From Neoechinorhynchus agilis (taxonomy: Eukaryota; Animalia; Acanthocephala): a stretch of 64,000 bases of DNA. Where the stretch lies: positions 14,213,480 through 14,277,479 of the forward strand of contig CM121342.1 in NCBI GenBank assembly GCA_051530055.1. The letters run 5' to 3'. The notes beneath the pieces were generated by a model. The model did no database searches, had not been told where the DNA came from, and saw only the letters and a program-made list of their open reading frames with translations. A program made the position numbers and the translations under genes. Below are positions 1 through 15,593 of this stretch, piece by piece. Every line of letters begins with the position of its first letter. The first letter of the stretch is position 1.

Positions 1-902
1 ACATGATTTAGCGCCCTTAACACCGTTGTAATCAACCGACCAAGTACTTGTGAAGTTCCTAATACGATGGATATAATCTTTTAAGGCATAAATTACAATC
101 GGAAACGCGGGAAAGAATAGGATTTTAGGACTTGCAAAAACGTAATAAGGTTTAAATCACATGATATCGTTTTTCCATCCAAAACAAACTTAAAAAAAGA
201 GTTTTCGATTCCTTATTTTTAATGTCTTATAATAATAACACGTTTATTTGTTAATTAACAAAGAAAAGGACATTTTCCGGAGATTAAACGAAGATTATGT
301 GTGTGTGTCGAAAAATCAAGTCGAATTTATCTAGATGGTGCGCGGATGGAACTCCCCACACTTCGGGTATTAGCAAACCCGCGGATCTGAGCTACACCCA
401 GACGTGACCGGCTGTGCATGATGTCCATATCCTCCATTTTAGATATCGACTGAAGAGGCAAGGAAAACCTTGTGAAATATTTCGAATATAAATGAGTAAC
501 GAAAGCACCGGGGGCAGGATTCGCCAACGCACAATCAAATTCACCCCGAGGACAATGATATATGACATCTAGATAAATTCGACTTGATTTTTCGACACAC
601 ACACATAATCTTCGTTTAATCTCCGGAAAATGTCCTTTTCTTTGTTAATTAACAAATAAACGTGTTATTATTATAAGACATTAAAAATAAGGAATCGAAA
701 ACTCTTTTTTTAAGTTTGTTTTGGATGGAAAAACGATATCATGTGATTTAAACCTTATTACGTTTTTGCAAGTCCTAAAATCCTATTCTTTCCCGCGTTT
801 CCGATTGTAATTTATGCCTTAAAAGATTATATCCATCGTATTAGGAACTTCACAAGTACTTAGTCGGTTGATTACAACGGTGTTAAGGGCGCTAAATCAT
901 GT
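1..902. repeat. Long inverted repeat (foldback): arms 1-337 and 566-902, 228-bp spacer; left arm cut by the window edge
   Basis: Base i pairs with base 903-i over 337 bp with one mismatch (position 41), checked by eye. Confidence 0.97.
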
Positions 903-1237
903 GACCGTGCCAACTCGAGAAGCTTTTTAAGGGTACCCTCCACATATGACAAAACTTGTATTGCATAATGCGCATATTTGCGTTTCCCGTGCGCATGGGA
1001 ATCATTCAGAATCGCTTCCGGATTTTTTGTCGCGATCCATAAAAGTTTGACTCTCGGGCCCTAAACGTTGTCAACAACAATAACGACGATTATATTGCCA
1101 GTACATTCAAGTGTACGTCACCGAGCGTCAAAGTTCATGAGTTTCAATTTTTCTACTCTGTGGTATCTTGTTTTCGAGCATCTTTCCATTATTTTTAATC
1201 GTCCTTGGATGTTACAGATATCTTGTGTAAATACTGA

Positions 1238-2964
<1,727 letters not shown>

Positions 2965-4299
2965 CCGTGACTTACGTTGTCTTCCCTGTACCCACATACA
3001 ATATATCGGAATCGATTAAAACAAACGATTTTCGATTTGAGTAAAAATTCGCTTAAAACTGTTTTGGCGCAACAATGATTAAAAAAGAAACGCAGCGGTG
3101 GACAGTCTATCAAGTACGATTATGTTGGTTTTCGTTTAATGTATCTTCTAAGGGTGCTGCATGGTATTTCTTAGAAGTACAGAACCCAAATAGGCCTTAA
3201 TATGATGAATTATGAATTGTGGTCATTTTTAATTGCATTACGTTTACCATTACCACCATGTAAGATGCTTATCGTTATATATTTCTTATCCACGTGTATG
3301 AAGTGTCGAGGTTGTTGTGAACATTAAACGGAGGAATATTTTCCATTTCCTGTGATCGATCGGACATCTTTTCAGTCGATCTGAAAATTTAACAGCTCAA
3401 TGTTTTCAAATATGTTGTTATGCTTTTGGTTTTTCATTTACCTTGACGTTCCTTGAAGCGAAGAATGTATCGAAACGCTGATGGTTTTTATTTTATTATG
3501 CAGTTCGTTGTTTAACTGCACAGTCAAATGCTTTTTCCATATATTTCCAATAGCAATTACACAATGTTCCATTGCGCTCATAAAAGTAACGTTATTTTCG
3601 CGAACTGTTTTTCTCACGCTAGCTTTAAGCATTTCGTTTCTTAGATGCACATGGGCATGCCCATTGAAAGTGAAAATGAAGGCAGACACGTGGAAATCCA
3701 ACAGGTAAAATTACGAAATGCTGGGCTGAAATGAAGATTACGATGCAAGCACAAGGCAGCATCATCAGAAATTCCGGAAAGTGATGAAGTTTGCGCCGGT
3801 ATTTTATGCAGGAGGGGGAAATGAAAGCATTGCTGCGTCAAATGTTTGTGGCCATTTCGTTCGAGACCGCATTGGATTAGTTCTTAAAAACGTTGACTAG
3901 AACATTGTACGAACATTTTAATTGTGTTTCCCATGCTCTAAATTTTATTTTCGATAAAAATGTTCGGCTGCAGTTTTAGTCCGTACAGGACGCTTACACA
4001 GTATTTTTTACATGTGAACCGCAAAAAGGACCAAAACGATAGCGTCCCGATGTTATCCGATTAACCGGAATCGACTCATACGCGACACGTTTGCCTGAAG
4101 TCACCAGCTAAGTGAACCAATGCTACTTCCATAGCAAGGCTCCTCCCGTCTTTAAATGCCATATCAAGCGATTGAAGGGATTTGTTGTGTACCATTGTGC
4201 ACTCATCCCAATGTGTGGATCTTTAGTGTTGAGGTAGTTCTGCAAGTACATGAAGGCATAGGCAGAACGGTCAAGGAGAATAAATGTGCCGTCCACATA

Positions 4300-4990
4300 T
4301 CGGGCCCATAATGAGACCCCAGGAATTGAGGTAATGGTCGACGGATGTCGAGACTGACGGTAGATTCAGCTTCCTTGATGTTGCGATAAAGCGTGTTGGT
4401 AAAGATAGTTATGTGATTAAGATTTATCGAAGATTCGATGTTCTGCGTGGTATGGTTCCATGGATCTCCTCTCAACCACGAGAATAGAGGATCTCCAGGG
4501 TTAGATCATTGGTACAACGAGCTTTTGCTTATTGCAGCTCGAGTACTGGCCTCGAACATGAACTGGATTTTATCATGGATTTATCAGGGGAAGGTTATCA
4601 GGAGCGCTAGGTTTAGAAGGCCGATAGTAGTGACATCGGATAAGGACCGTGTGTTTCTTGAGTTGCCGTTTATTGACGATTCCTCCTAGCAGAGGTTATC
4701 CAGGGTCTTATTGGCAGACCACCAGAGCAAACGTACGCTCGTCTATTCCAAACGAAGGAATAATCTTCATGGCCTGATATGTCCGAGCAATCGTGAAAGC
4801 CCAAGTGGTGAAGTATATAGAATACTTTGCTCGAATTGTGATCGATGCTACATTGGCCAGACAAATAACTTTGGGAGGAGGATGAGGGAACATCGCTATT
4901 CACTTAAGAGGGCCATAAGATCGATATAAACGACGCCTATGTGTTGGTACGCAATTACCACAAGGTTGAGCGTGTATTATCGAGTCCGTG
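4300..4990 (+). mobile_element. Penelope-like retroelement remnant (RT C-terminus plus GIY-YIG endonuclease), frameshifted
   Basis: FSFLDVAIKR...KIYR (RT thumb), FLELPFI, then VYRILCSNCDRCYIGQT...RMREH, the GIY-YIG signature typical of Penelope-like elements. Confidence 0.85.
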
Positions 4991-5814
4991 TTCATTCAGT
5001 TAACCAATACTTTCGAGGAAAACAAGACAGATATTCCCTAAAGCTGAAAATACCTCCGGATAAAACAATGAGGTTGCCAAATTCCTTTTTAGATAATTGA
5101 CTGAAGAAGTCAAGTGTGATTGGACGAAATATTTCAATCAAAGTCATTCTTTGATAAAAAAAATTCCACCGCCACATAATCAAAAATTAGCTGAAAATCG
5201 TGAGATGATGAGTTGAGATTTAAAAAAAGTGAATCATTTACTGGAGACCGTTGCAAGAACTCAGCGCAAGTTTCTCACGAGACTCGATTTATTTTCCTTC
5301 CATTACTGCAATTTAGGATCTTGGAAGGATTGTTAATATATAAGCCTATAAGGAAGCGCATTTAAAAAATCAGAACGGAATTTATTTGTACTAAAAATAG
5401 CGTCAATTATGCTCTTCTCCGTGACAGTGAATGCTTCAGCGCTCGTTGCACTTCAAAAAGTTGCATAAACAAGTGAAATATATTTTATCCGCACTGATGA
5501 TCACCAAAATCACAATGGAATGATTAGAAATATCAAACGGCAAATGTGTGCTATGGTGTGCTTAAAATCGTCAGCTTACTCATTGAATACGAACCATAAG
5601 ACTTTTAGTTTTTAGATAAAGCCATGTATCGTTTAGAATAATTATTTCGATTGCCCTCTTGATAGCAAATATGGTCTTTAAAAATACGGAAAGCGTGTGG
5701 ATGAGATATTTTAAGTACGCCGAAAATCGCAATCTGAGTGTGATTTGATTTATTGGCGCTCTCGCTGCTTAGAATCTCCGTAGCACACGGGTCATTAGTG
5801 ATTGTTAAGCACGT

Positions 5815-6476
<662 letters not shown>

Positions 6477-7011
6477 TCAAGGGTGGTAATGGTGGCGGCA
6501 GCGGCGGCGCGGAGGGAGAATAAAGCAAGAAGCCTAGATTGACGCTAAGCACAAACACAAACGCAGTGTGACGCGCTCATCCCCCTCCCTCCCTTCAATT
6601 GCCGCCTTTGCACACGTTTACATATAAACAGGAAAGGAGGCAGAAGGCGTGTCGATAAGGCACGACGGTGCCATTGGAGTGGCGCAGAAAGAACCACGTG
6701 GATTTCTTGGGATTTAAGCGGGAAGAATCTTTAAAGCCGAAAAAGTTCAATAAACTTTTAGTTTCTTCAAAATGCGTACGAGTGCGACTAAACGACGTTG
6801 AACGCCATTAACCGTTTCGGCGGCCAAGCGAACAACTTTTTACAACATCACATCTCACTTCCTCCAACTCGTGCAAGTGTTTAATTCAACATTTTTGTGG
6901 CAGCACACGCAAAAGTCGATTTCCGTGGTACCGCCGACTCGTTTGTCGACTTTAAACGACTCTTCTTATAACATATCCGTGTTCCAGAATCTGGTGCGCA
7001 ACCGCCACATA

Positions 7012-10000
7012 ATGACGTCACTATTTCGAAGCGAGGAAATGGCTCTGTACCAACTGATAATCGCACCTGACGCTGCCTATCAGTGCATCGCAAAACTTGG
7101 CGATATCAGCTGTGTTCACTTTAGAGACGTATGTTTTTACATTTCTCAATCTTAAATCTTTTTTTGATCTAGCTAAACACGGACACGAATCCGTTCGAAA
7201 AGAAATATGTCGCCGACATTAAGAGATGTGCTGATATGCAACAAACGCTCAGTGAGTACCGTCCACGGTGATATTCTTCCAGGTTCACGGTCACTATCAC
7301 ATCCATGGGTTTAATGACGAAAGCAAACCCCTATTTTTTATCAAGTTTTCTTTTCGTAAATTGACATTTGAGTTGTTTTAATCTCACGGCTTCCTTCTGT
7401 GAATCTTCAAAGGTGTGTGGAGATGTGAAGTTTGTTTAAGAGGCGACAGCCAAGCGGAAAGTTCGACCAGACTGTTGAGCAGTTCTGCTACTTTGTTGAG
7501 TGGATGTCCGGAACTCTCCCTCGCATTGTCCCCTTCGTCGAAACTTCGGTCCGGTAACATTGACAACCGCGTCTTTGCTTAAATGCAGACCGATTATTTC
7601 GGCAGTCAGTGTATCTGCGTTTCGATTATCTCGCTTCCTGGCGATAGCGATTAGCCCACTGCTTCACAGAACGAGTTCATATTTGCGGAATGTAGAGGGC
7701 TCACTTAATTCTCTAAATGTGCGATGCAATGACTTAAATTATAGCCAGGTTATACTCTTGATTTTGTAACGAACGTAGGCAATGAGGGAACAGTACGAGC
7801 ACTCGAGAAGCGGTTGAATGATAACGAAGAGAACTTAAACCTCTTCGGAATGCTGCCAGCGGACGTTATTCGACTCCCTCGAATGTATTTGGAGTGCAAC
7901 ACCTAACTCTCGTCGAGTTTCCCTACTCTTGCAGACAATGCGAGGGAGAGGTCTGGAAACCAACTCGAAAAAAACGCTTCGATGTCTCTTCTTTAACCCA
8001 CTTCATTTCTCCGCGCGACTTTGTAGATTCACGAAGAAGCCGTAAGCCGGCGAAAACTCCAAAATAAAGATTTTTCGTCATAATTACAACAGCCCCCTCC
8101 CAAGTATCAATCTAAAAGCTTGATCAATCATACGGCTGGCAAATCAAGTAGCATTCCACAATGCTATTTTTTATTATAAAATGAGCGTTTTGACGGACTA
8201 AATATTGCAATGATTAAAGTTTCGTCTTTGTTAGAAAACAATGAGCAAATCATAGTGAGCGTAATGGCAGATTATCAAAGAATTTCTGAAATGAACACGT
8301 TTGGAGAGCTATTCTTTTACATTCTGTAAGAGTTTTTTCTATTGCTTAGGGACCATTGAGCATGAAATTGAACTAGAGAAGTTGTCTGTTCCACAAACTT
8401 CCGAAATGATCGAACCACTCGAACCAAATCAGATAATGGAACTCGAGGTTAGATTGAATTGACTATTCGTTTAAATGTTAAAATTCATTCCCTTCAAAGG
8501 CATCGATTGATCGAATGGAAGAAGAACTTTCTGAAGTCACAACAAACGCTCGTTCTCTAATAAAGAATCTATATAGTCTTAAAGAGCTCAAATTTGTTCT
8601 TGAATGCGTTGAGCAATTTCTAACTGAGGTCTTATACCGTCTGTCGTCATTTAAGATATTTTAGCATCTTTTTAGCGCTCACGTGAGCAGTTGGATGTTG
8701 AGCCGGTTTCTTATTTCGTTGAACCTCGTTCATCTAACCAAATTGTTTTCGGGTTTGATAAAACCATTGGTTTACTTTTTTAAGATTTTTTAGCTTTGTT
8801 GCTGGCGTACTTGCACTTTCAAAAATGATCTCATTCGAAACAATGCTGTGGAGAATTACTCGTGGAAATGTTCTTTTAGCACATGGGTTGGTGGACCGGG
8901 GTCATTTTCTTCTAAGCACCATCGATCCATGGCGGACGAAGACATCCACTTACTGAAACTCTCGAGGATCCAACCACGGTTTGTCGCACATGATTCATTG
9001 TAACGTGACCTAACCTACTCATCTCACCCATTTGTCCCATTAACGATTTTTACATATGAACCATTTGAAATGCACCACAAAAAACTCTAAAGGACCATCC
9101 TAAACGGTGCATTTTTCAACCTAAATGATAATTATCCTTGTTTAGGGTGAACGCGAGGACAAAGTGATGTTCGTTGTTTATTATCAGGGCGAGCAGTTGA
9201 AAGACAGAGTTGAGAAGACTTGTCGGGGATTCGGTGCAAATGTTTACCCCTGTCCAAAAAATCCAGTTGAAGTTCAAGAGCTTTTGGCTGGAGTTTTAAC
9301 TCGAATAGAAGATATTCGGATGATTCTTGACGCTACCGAGGGTCATCGACGTGCCGTTCTCATGAGTGCTGCACAGAAATTAAAACCATGGAAGATCCAA
9401 CTGCTAAAAACGAAGTCAATCTACTGCACTTTGAACATGTTTAATACAGACATGTCAAAACGGTCCTTATTTGGTGAATGTTGGATTCCTGTGTCCGAGT
9501 TCGGCAATGTTCAAATGGCTCTCAGACGAGGAACTGAAGAGAGCGGAAGTGACTCCTTGGCAATCATAAACCGAAAAAGCACCTTACTCACGCCGCCAAC
9601 ATATTTTAAAACAAACAAGCTCACTGCCGGTTTCATGGATATAATACATGCCTACGGAGTTGCCGATTATCAAGAAATGAGCCCGGCGTCGTTTACAGTA
9701 ATTTCTTTTCCCTTCCTTTTCGGAGTAATGTTTGGCGACTTTGGTCATGGTATTTTGCTAACTCTCGTTGGGGCATTTATGTGTATTTACGAAAATCAAA
9801 TGGAGAAAAGATTAAAGAGATCAGAGGTAGGATCATTGCTCTGAAGCGCAAACCTGACACCAACGAAAAGGCACTCCACATGCTATTCAGTGGGCGATAC
9901 ATAATATTATTGATGGGACTATTTGGAATCTATGCAGGTCTCATGTAGCCCCAATGATTCTCGTTTACGGGACTTTTCGTACCATGGCATAATTCTAGAG

Positions 10001-11958
10001 CACTTTAGACAGTGTTTCTTCAAACCAATCATAAGTGGGCGTATGTGAGGCAGGTAGTAATTCCCTTCCTCACGCGTCGCTTTTTATAAATTCCGGAATC
10101 GGTTAGCCCAAGTCTTTTTCAATATTTTTCTGTTCGAATTTATTATCAATCACTGCTTAAGGCGACATAGTAGTATTTATTAGCTTTTTAAAGCTCCCGT
10201 ATATCAATCATTTTCGTCTTTTGTACCTCTATATGAAACAAAATTCTCAGTTCTAAACCAGAATTGTTGTTGTACAATGACATTTTCGGACTTTCCGTCA
10301 ATATATTTGGTTCATCGTGGCGAGTGAACTATGAGTAAGTGTGAATGCTCCGAAGTGTAGATTTGCGAACGTCGTTTTTGGGAAGCCGTTGTGATATGTT
10401 TCACAACCTATTATCCCCTTCTTGAATTTTAGTTATGCATACTTAAGGAACACTTCAATAGTACAGCTAGAGCCGTCTCCTTACAATCACACAAAGGGAT
10501 GGGTGCAAATGTACAGTGGAAATCCGTATACTTTCGGAATTGATCCGGTTCGTTTCAACGCCGAACCAATAGATGACTCAAATCACCTTTTGGTCGCACA
10601 ATTTAGATATGGGCCCTGGCGAAAAACAAGATCTTATTCCTAAACTCTATGAAAATGAAGTTTTCAATAATCATAGGCGTTACTCAAATGGTTTTCGGGA
10701 TATTCCTTCATCTTACAAACATTCTGTAAGTTCGCCACTTCATTAAATATTGCAATCAAAACGAGAAATCTAGACACTTCGATCGACGTGAGGATATCCT
10801 GTTTGATTTCGTGCCCGAGATCGTCTTCTTTCTTGCTGTATTCTTTTACCTTGTCGTTCTGATCTTTTACAAATGGACTCATTACAATGGAAGCACAGAT
10901 CCCAAATGGGGTGCTGCATGTGCTCCCAGTTTACTTGTCCGTAAGCAAATCTCCTCTTTTCGTTTCTTGCAATCGGGCTAGAACTCAAGAACATTGAGGC
11001 TAAAAGAGAAATAATGCTTTGCGCCCACTTGGTGTATTCACGGTAGAATAATGAATTGAAAAGTGTTATTTTTCATACGAGAATCATAAACTCAGCTTTA
11101 GGAAACAAATTCAGAAAAATTAAATTATCTAGATAATCAGACTAAATATCATTTAGACTACATAAACACTTTCCTCATGTCCTATCCAAAGAGCCCCTGT
11201 TCAATGGCGACCTTCTATACTGGACAGGTTTGTTGTTCTCCGTGTAAAATCGAGCTCGAAGAAATCTTCTATTGATAAATATCTTATAGCAAGCCGTGCA
11301 AACCTTTCTCATACTTTTGGGAATTATGTGCATCCCACTCATGCTTATTCCGAAACCCCTTCTTGAAATACGACGACGGAAGAGGGTTAGTGTTTCTTAT
11401 TTGCCTTATTTTTGACTTTGTTAACAAATGTTTAGAATCAACAACATTTACTGTCCCCTCGCTCCGAATCATCGACCAGACTTTCTATTCAAGATTCAGA
11501 GTCATCGGATGTCCTAAGCGTGAAGGAGAAACCCATTTCTGAAATTATTGTGGATCGGTCAATCCATACAATTGAGTTTTTCCTTAATTCCATTTCAAGC
11601 ACAGCGTCTTATCTTCGTCTTTGGGCATTAAGTTTGGCTCACGCTGAGCTCTCGGAAGTGCTTTGGCAAATGGTTATGTCGATGGCGTTCAAGATGAATG
11701 GCAAAGGAGTCATTGCTGTAGCTTCATACGCGCTCTTCTTTGCTTGGTCGGTGTTTACGCTCGCCATTCTGGTCTGTATGGAAGGTCTATCCGCTTTCCT
11801 TCATGTTCTGAGATTGCATTGGTCAGTTAAAAAGAATAACTTTTTTGTATTAAGTGCTTTTTAGGGTCGAATTTCAATCAAAGTTTTATCGTGGCGAAGG
11901 ATATAATTTTGATCCGTTCAGTTACAACAACATCCTCAAAGAAAATGACCTCTACTGA
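7012..11958 (+). CDS. ATP6V0A: V-type H+-ATPase V0 subunit a, multi-exon
   Basis: [10 protein letters not shown] start, [78 protein letters not shown]. All exons join by GT-AG except 9945-10271. Confidence 0.96.
7384..8050. repeat. Degenerate inverted duplication within V-ATPase intron 2
   Basis: GACAATGCGAGGGAGAG...AGATTCAC...GAAGCCGT occurs on the minus strand at about 7384-7545 and on the plus strand at about 7934-8050. Confidence 0.7.
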
Positions 11959-12140
11959 ATCGTCAACGTCTAATACGGTGAACGAAATAAATAATGCGGT
12001 TAGTTTACATTCGAGTAGGAAGCGACTTGTCTGCTCTAAGCCTATTACTTTCCGCAAATCAATGATTTATTGACATAAATACACACAAGTCAATTTTTTT
12101 ACAAACTTTTAGTTCTAGTTGCGTTCTTAAACTCCATGTT

Positions 12141-12490
12141 TAAGAAATATTGTTTATAGAAACGTTTCGAACATCGTCGGGTTCATCATCAGTTCCAAAA
12201 TATAAGTGGTTAAATAGTTATTCTGCTTTCACACGTGCTTATGGTTGATTGTGTTGCTACATTTTTTAGCCATGAGGACGGAATCAAGGAAGCATTCTTA
12301 ATCAAAGAATAGAAACGGGACATGAATGACCAACGAGGTTACAAACTCTGTGTTCATAACTAAAAATTTAACAACACAATCAACCATAAGCGCGTGTGAG
12401 AGCTGAATAACCATTTAACCACTCTTGTATTTTAGAACTGATGATGAACCCCACAAGGTTCGAAACGTCCTTAATAAAAAATTGTTTAGC
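12141..12490. mobile_element. Foldback of two inverted Penelope-pLTR-like copies, each with a hammerhead-like core
   Basis: Arms at about 12141-12269 and 12360-12490 are reverse complements. CTGATGA-T-GAACC...GGTTC-GAAAC-GTC at 12438-12469 (+) and 12161-12192 (-). Related copies at about 22690-22745, 43590-43660, 52060-52110 and 53190-53250. Confidence 0.7.
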
Positions 12491-13129
12491 GAATGAACAC
12501 TTCTAAACAATAATTCTCATGATATACTCCGGTACTTCCTCACATATCGTCATCCATGCTTAAGCTGTGCACTTAAAATAGGGCGTTTATCAAAAACGAA
12601 GAAATTCTATCCTAATCGACAGCCACCACATTACCGTTGAGCCGCGATTTCATGTTTATTGTAACTTCAGGTTTGATATTTGTTTAAGTACAAATGAAAA
12701 AACGGTGATTTACTTATTTGTGAAGCTAACACAATTACACTCCTTGTTTTAATATTATCCCATATGCATTTTAATGTTTTAAACAACTTTGAGTGTATAC
12801 AATTCATTGACTTCTCATTTGAGCCGATTCACGAATTACGCTGAAGTGTTTAGCTATTTTCTTGAGTTATCGTTCTTGACTTACTTTATGAGTTATGCAA
12901 CCAAAGCTAAAAGTAATGAGTCTCGGTGCTGTTAGGTAAACTATCTCCGGTGAATGCAACTAAGCTGCTCTGACTTGAACACGTAATCGAGCTTTCTCAT
13001 TCATTGCTTTCTACTTGCAAATGATTCAGAACCATTGCCTTGCTAAAAAATGCTTTTATAAAAGATTCAGATTCGTCGTCTTTTCTGTTTCGTGAGCACA
13101 ACGAATACACACAAATCAAGTTTTTTCGC

Positions 13130-14434
13130 ATGGAATACAGTGCTATCGAATCTGCGGACAGGTATCATGGCGAACTGCAAAATACCGAAGTGGTAAATGC
13201 GTCAAAATTCAGCCGAACCCGGCATTCTGGAAAGCCCTACAATTACGAAGACGCTCTGAAATATCGATTTCCCGAGCACCGCGACTATGTCGCGTCCCAA
13301 AACTTCATTCCTTCAAAAATAGATCCTTACTATGAGAAACTGAAATCACTGTCTAATCAACAGCTTGCTACTCGACTGGACGAATATTCAAGGCAGGATG
13401 AAAATCCATCCAAATCTACCATGACTTTTAAGCGAAATCAATTTGAAAGGCCGATCACGCGATTCGATGCTTCAACGCAGTCGACAACAGTTGAGGGCAA
13501 CACAGGTTTTGTAGATCATGATCAAGGATTTGGCAATGAGTACTTAATGAACACTTTAAATCAATCAACATTAAAAGATAGACAACCTAACGATGAATTA
13601 CACCAAAGGAGGCACTCTAATAAGCAGACGATGAGCACTTTAAATCAATCAACCTTGAAAGATAGACAACCGAACGGTGGATTAGACCAAAGGAGGCACT
13701 CTAATAAGCAAACTATGAGCACTTTGAATCAATCAACTTTGAAAGATAGACAACCGAACGGTGGATTAGACCAGAGAAGGTACTCTAATAAACAAACGAT
13801 GAGCACTTTAAATCAATCAACTTTGAAAGATAGGCAACCTAACGGTGGATTAGACCAGAGAAGGTACTTTAATAAACAAACGATGAGCACTTTAAATCAA
13901 TCAACTTTAAATGATAGACAACCGAACGGTGGATTAGACCAGAGAAGGTACTCTAATAAACAAACGATGAGCACATTAAACTCTAACAAGGTTATCGAAA
14001 TATCGTACGCGGATGAAGGTCGTACGAATGCTTCAAATCAAACTGCTTTTATAAGCGACAAATTGAATAGTAGAGAAAGTGCAAAATCACTTTCCAAAGC
14101 ACAACAAATAAGCCTTTCAAGACGATCATTGCCAACTGAACCGAGAAGGAATGAGAGTAGTCAAAGCAAAGTTAGTGGTTTGCAGCATAAATCACCTAAT
14201 CCTCAAACAGTGAATGTTGTGGTCGAACATGAAAGGCATAGATGTGCAATGTATAATGGGTATGTTCACGTGCAACAGGGCGTAAAGGCTCCCCCTAAAA
14301 AGCAGCCGGGAGACACTATTATTACGGACAAACAGGAGATCGATAAAATTCTACAAGTTGTGAATTATGGACTGTATACTCGTGTAGAAAACAAGAATCG
14401 AAAATTAGGTCCAAAGTGGAATGCGGGATGCTGA
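13130..14434 (+). CDS. Orphan hydrophilic protein with 5.2 tandem 28-aa repeats
   Basis: Long uninterrupted ORF; likely ATG at 13130; no recognisable domain. Confidence 0.7.
   Translation: MEYSAIESADRYHGELQNTEVVNASKFSRTRHSGKPYNYEDALKYRFPEHRDYVASQNFIPSKIDPYYEKLKSLSNQQLATRLDEYSRQDENPSKSTMTFKRNQFERPITRFDASTQSTTVEGNTGFVDHDQGFGNEYLMNTLNQSTLKDRQPNDELHQRRHSNKQTMSTLNQSTLKDRQPNGGLDQRRHSNKQTMSTLNQSTLKDRQPNGGLDQRRYSNKQTMSTLNQSTLKDRQPNGGLDQRRYFNKQTMSTLNQSTLNDRQPNGGLDQRRYSNKQTMSTLNSNKVIEISYADEGRTNASNQTAFISDKLNSRESAKSLSKAQQISLSRRSLPTEPRRNESSQSKVSGLQHKSPNPQTVNVVVEHERHRCAMYNGYVHVQQGVKAPPKKQPGDTIITDKQEIDKILQVVNYGLYTRVENKNRKLGPKWNAGC
13547..13981 (+). repeat. In-frame 84-bp coding tandem repeat (MSTLNQSTLKDRQPNGGLDQRRYSNKQT)
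   Basis: Unit starts at 13547, 13631, 13715, 13799, 13883 and 13967 (partial). Confidence 0.97.
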
Positions 14435-14849
14435 AGTAGCGGTGACCTTACCTTTCCTTAGTCCACTATTTCGATTTCTGTGGTATATCGACGAAACCCC
14501 AACGCCATTTCCACCGACAAAAATGTGGTATTAAGAACGAAGATGTGATAAACGATCTCAATATTCGACTCATGTAAGCTGTGAAAAGAAATCCATCTCT
14601 ACCAATTGTATGCATGACGTGTGTAGTTTCATCCTTTATTCAAATAGGTTTCCTGTTTTGCCGATTGCTATAGAAGTCGTTTTATAAATGTGCAGGGGCG
14701 CAGTTTTAAATGGTATTACGGACAATGGAGTTCACATTTGCAAATAACGTATTCTTAATAGATACATTAAATTACTCGAATTAGAAGCATTAAGCTCTTA
14801 CGAAATGCATAATGAACAAAATTAGTAATCTAATGCAATAATTTTATCT

Positions 14850-15130
14850 TATGTCTGGCTAGCCGGTTACATTTTTAAGTGTTTAAGTGAGCGTCCTTTA
14901 CTCGGTTGATTATTTTCCGCTGAAGGGAGGAAAATAACTAAAGAATCCTGCCTCTTCGGGAGGTATCTGAGGATCCGTAGGATGTACAAAACTCATTACC
15001 GTACGGTTCAGCGTGTTAAGTGATTTTGTGCGTTTGCTTGCCCGAGATCGGTGGGCTGTGTGCCCAAGGAGAATTAACAACGGTGTAAAGGAGGATATTC
15101 ACCTCAACACTCAGGAAAAATTAGTGCAAT
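14850..15130. mobile_element. MITE-like or composite dispersed repeat
   Basis: CTAGCCGGTTACAT and GTGA(G/A)C(G/A)TCC(T/C)TTAC..GGTTGATT segments are shared with 19140-19620; a related hairpin lies at about 46885-46955. Confidence 0.6.
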
Positions 15131-15434
15131 AAGTTGAAAACGCGGTCGAGATTTTCAGTTGGCAATAGTTAGTTAGTCTTAATCAAAAGCGAGCTAAACA
15201 CAGAGAACGATTCTTATATGAGGCTTTCGAGAACGGCCGGGGAAAACTCCAATAAATGGCCACAAGCAGTCGGATTGAAACACACCCCTTGTTGAAAAAG
15301 CTTACGATACTCTTAAAGGCCGACTTTACGAGGTTTTCCGGCCACGACTAGTGGCGATCTCGTCAATGTAGCCCGGAGACTCTATTCTGATGAGCACCAC
15401 CGGGTACGCTGCTCCATAACGAAACAATGAGAAT

Positions 15435-15593
15435 TGTGGAAGTGGGGAAAAATTATATATCCAAGAATCACGTTAATTGAAATATTTCGTCTAATCACGC
15501 TGGACTTCTTCAGTCATTTATTGTTTGTTGGTGATAGACGAAATATTTCAATTAAAGTGATTCTTGGATATATAATTTTTCCCCACTTCCACA
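15435..15593. mobile_element. Hairpin MITE (about 63-bp imperfect arms); diverged half-copy at about 5110-5180
   Basis: TGTGGAAGTGGGGAAAAATTATATATCCAAGAATCAC at the 5' end is the reverse complement of the 3' end. ORFs 4992-5183 and 15434-15655 share translation because of this repeat. Confidence 0.8.

Noticed and set aside
327-602. 91-aa ORF in the palindrome
   Set aside because: It spans arm and spacer with no recognisable motif and is probably spurious.
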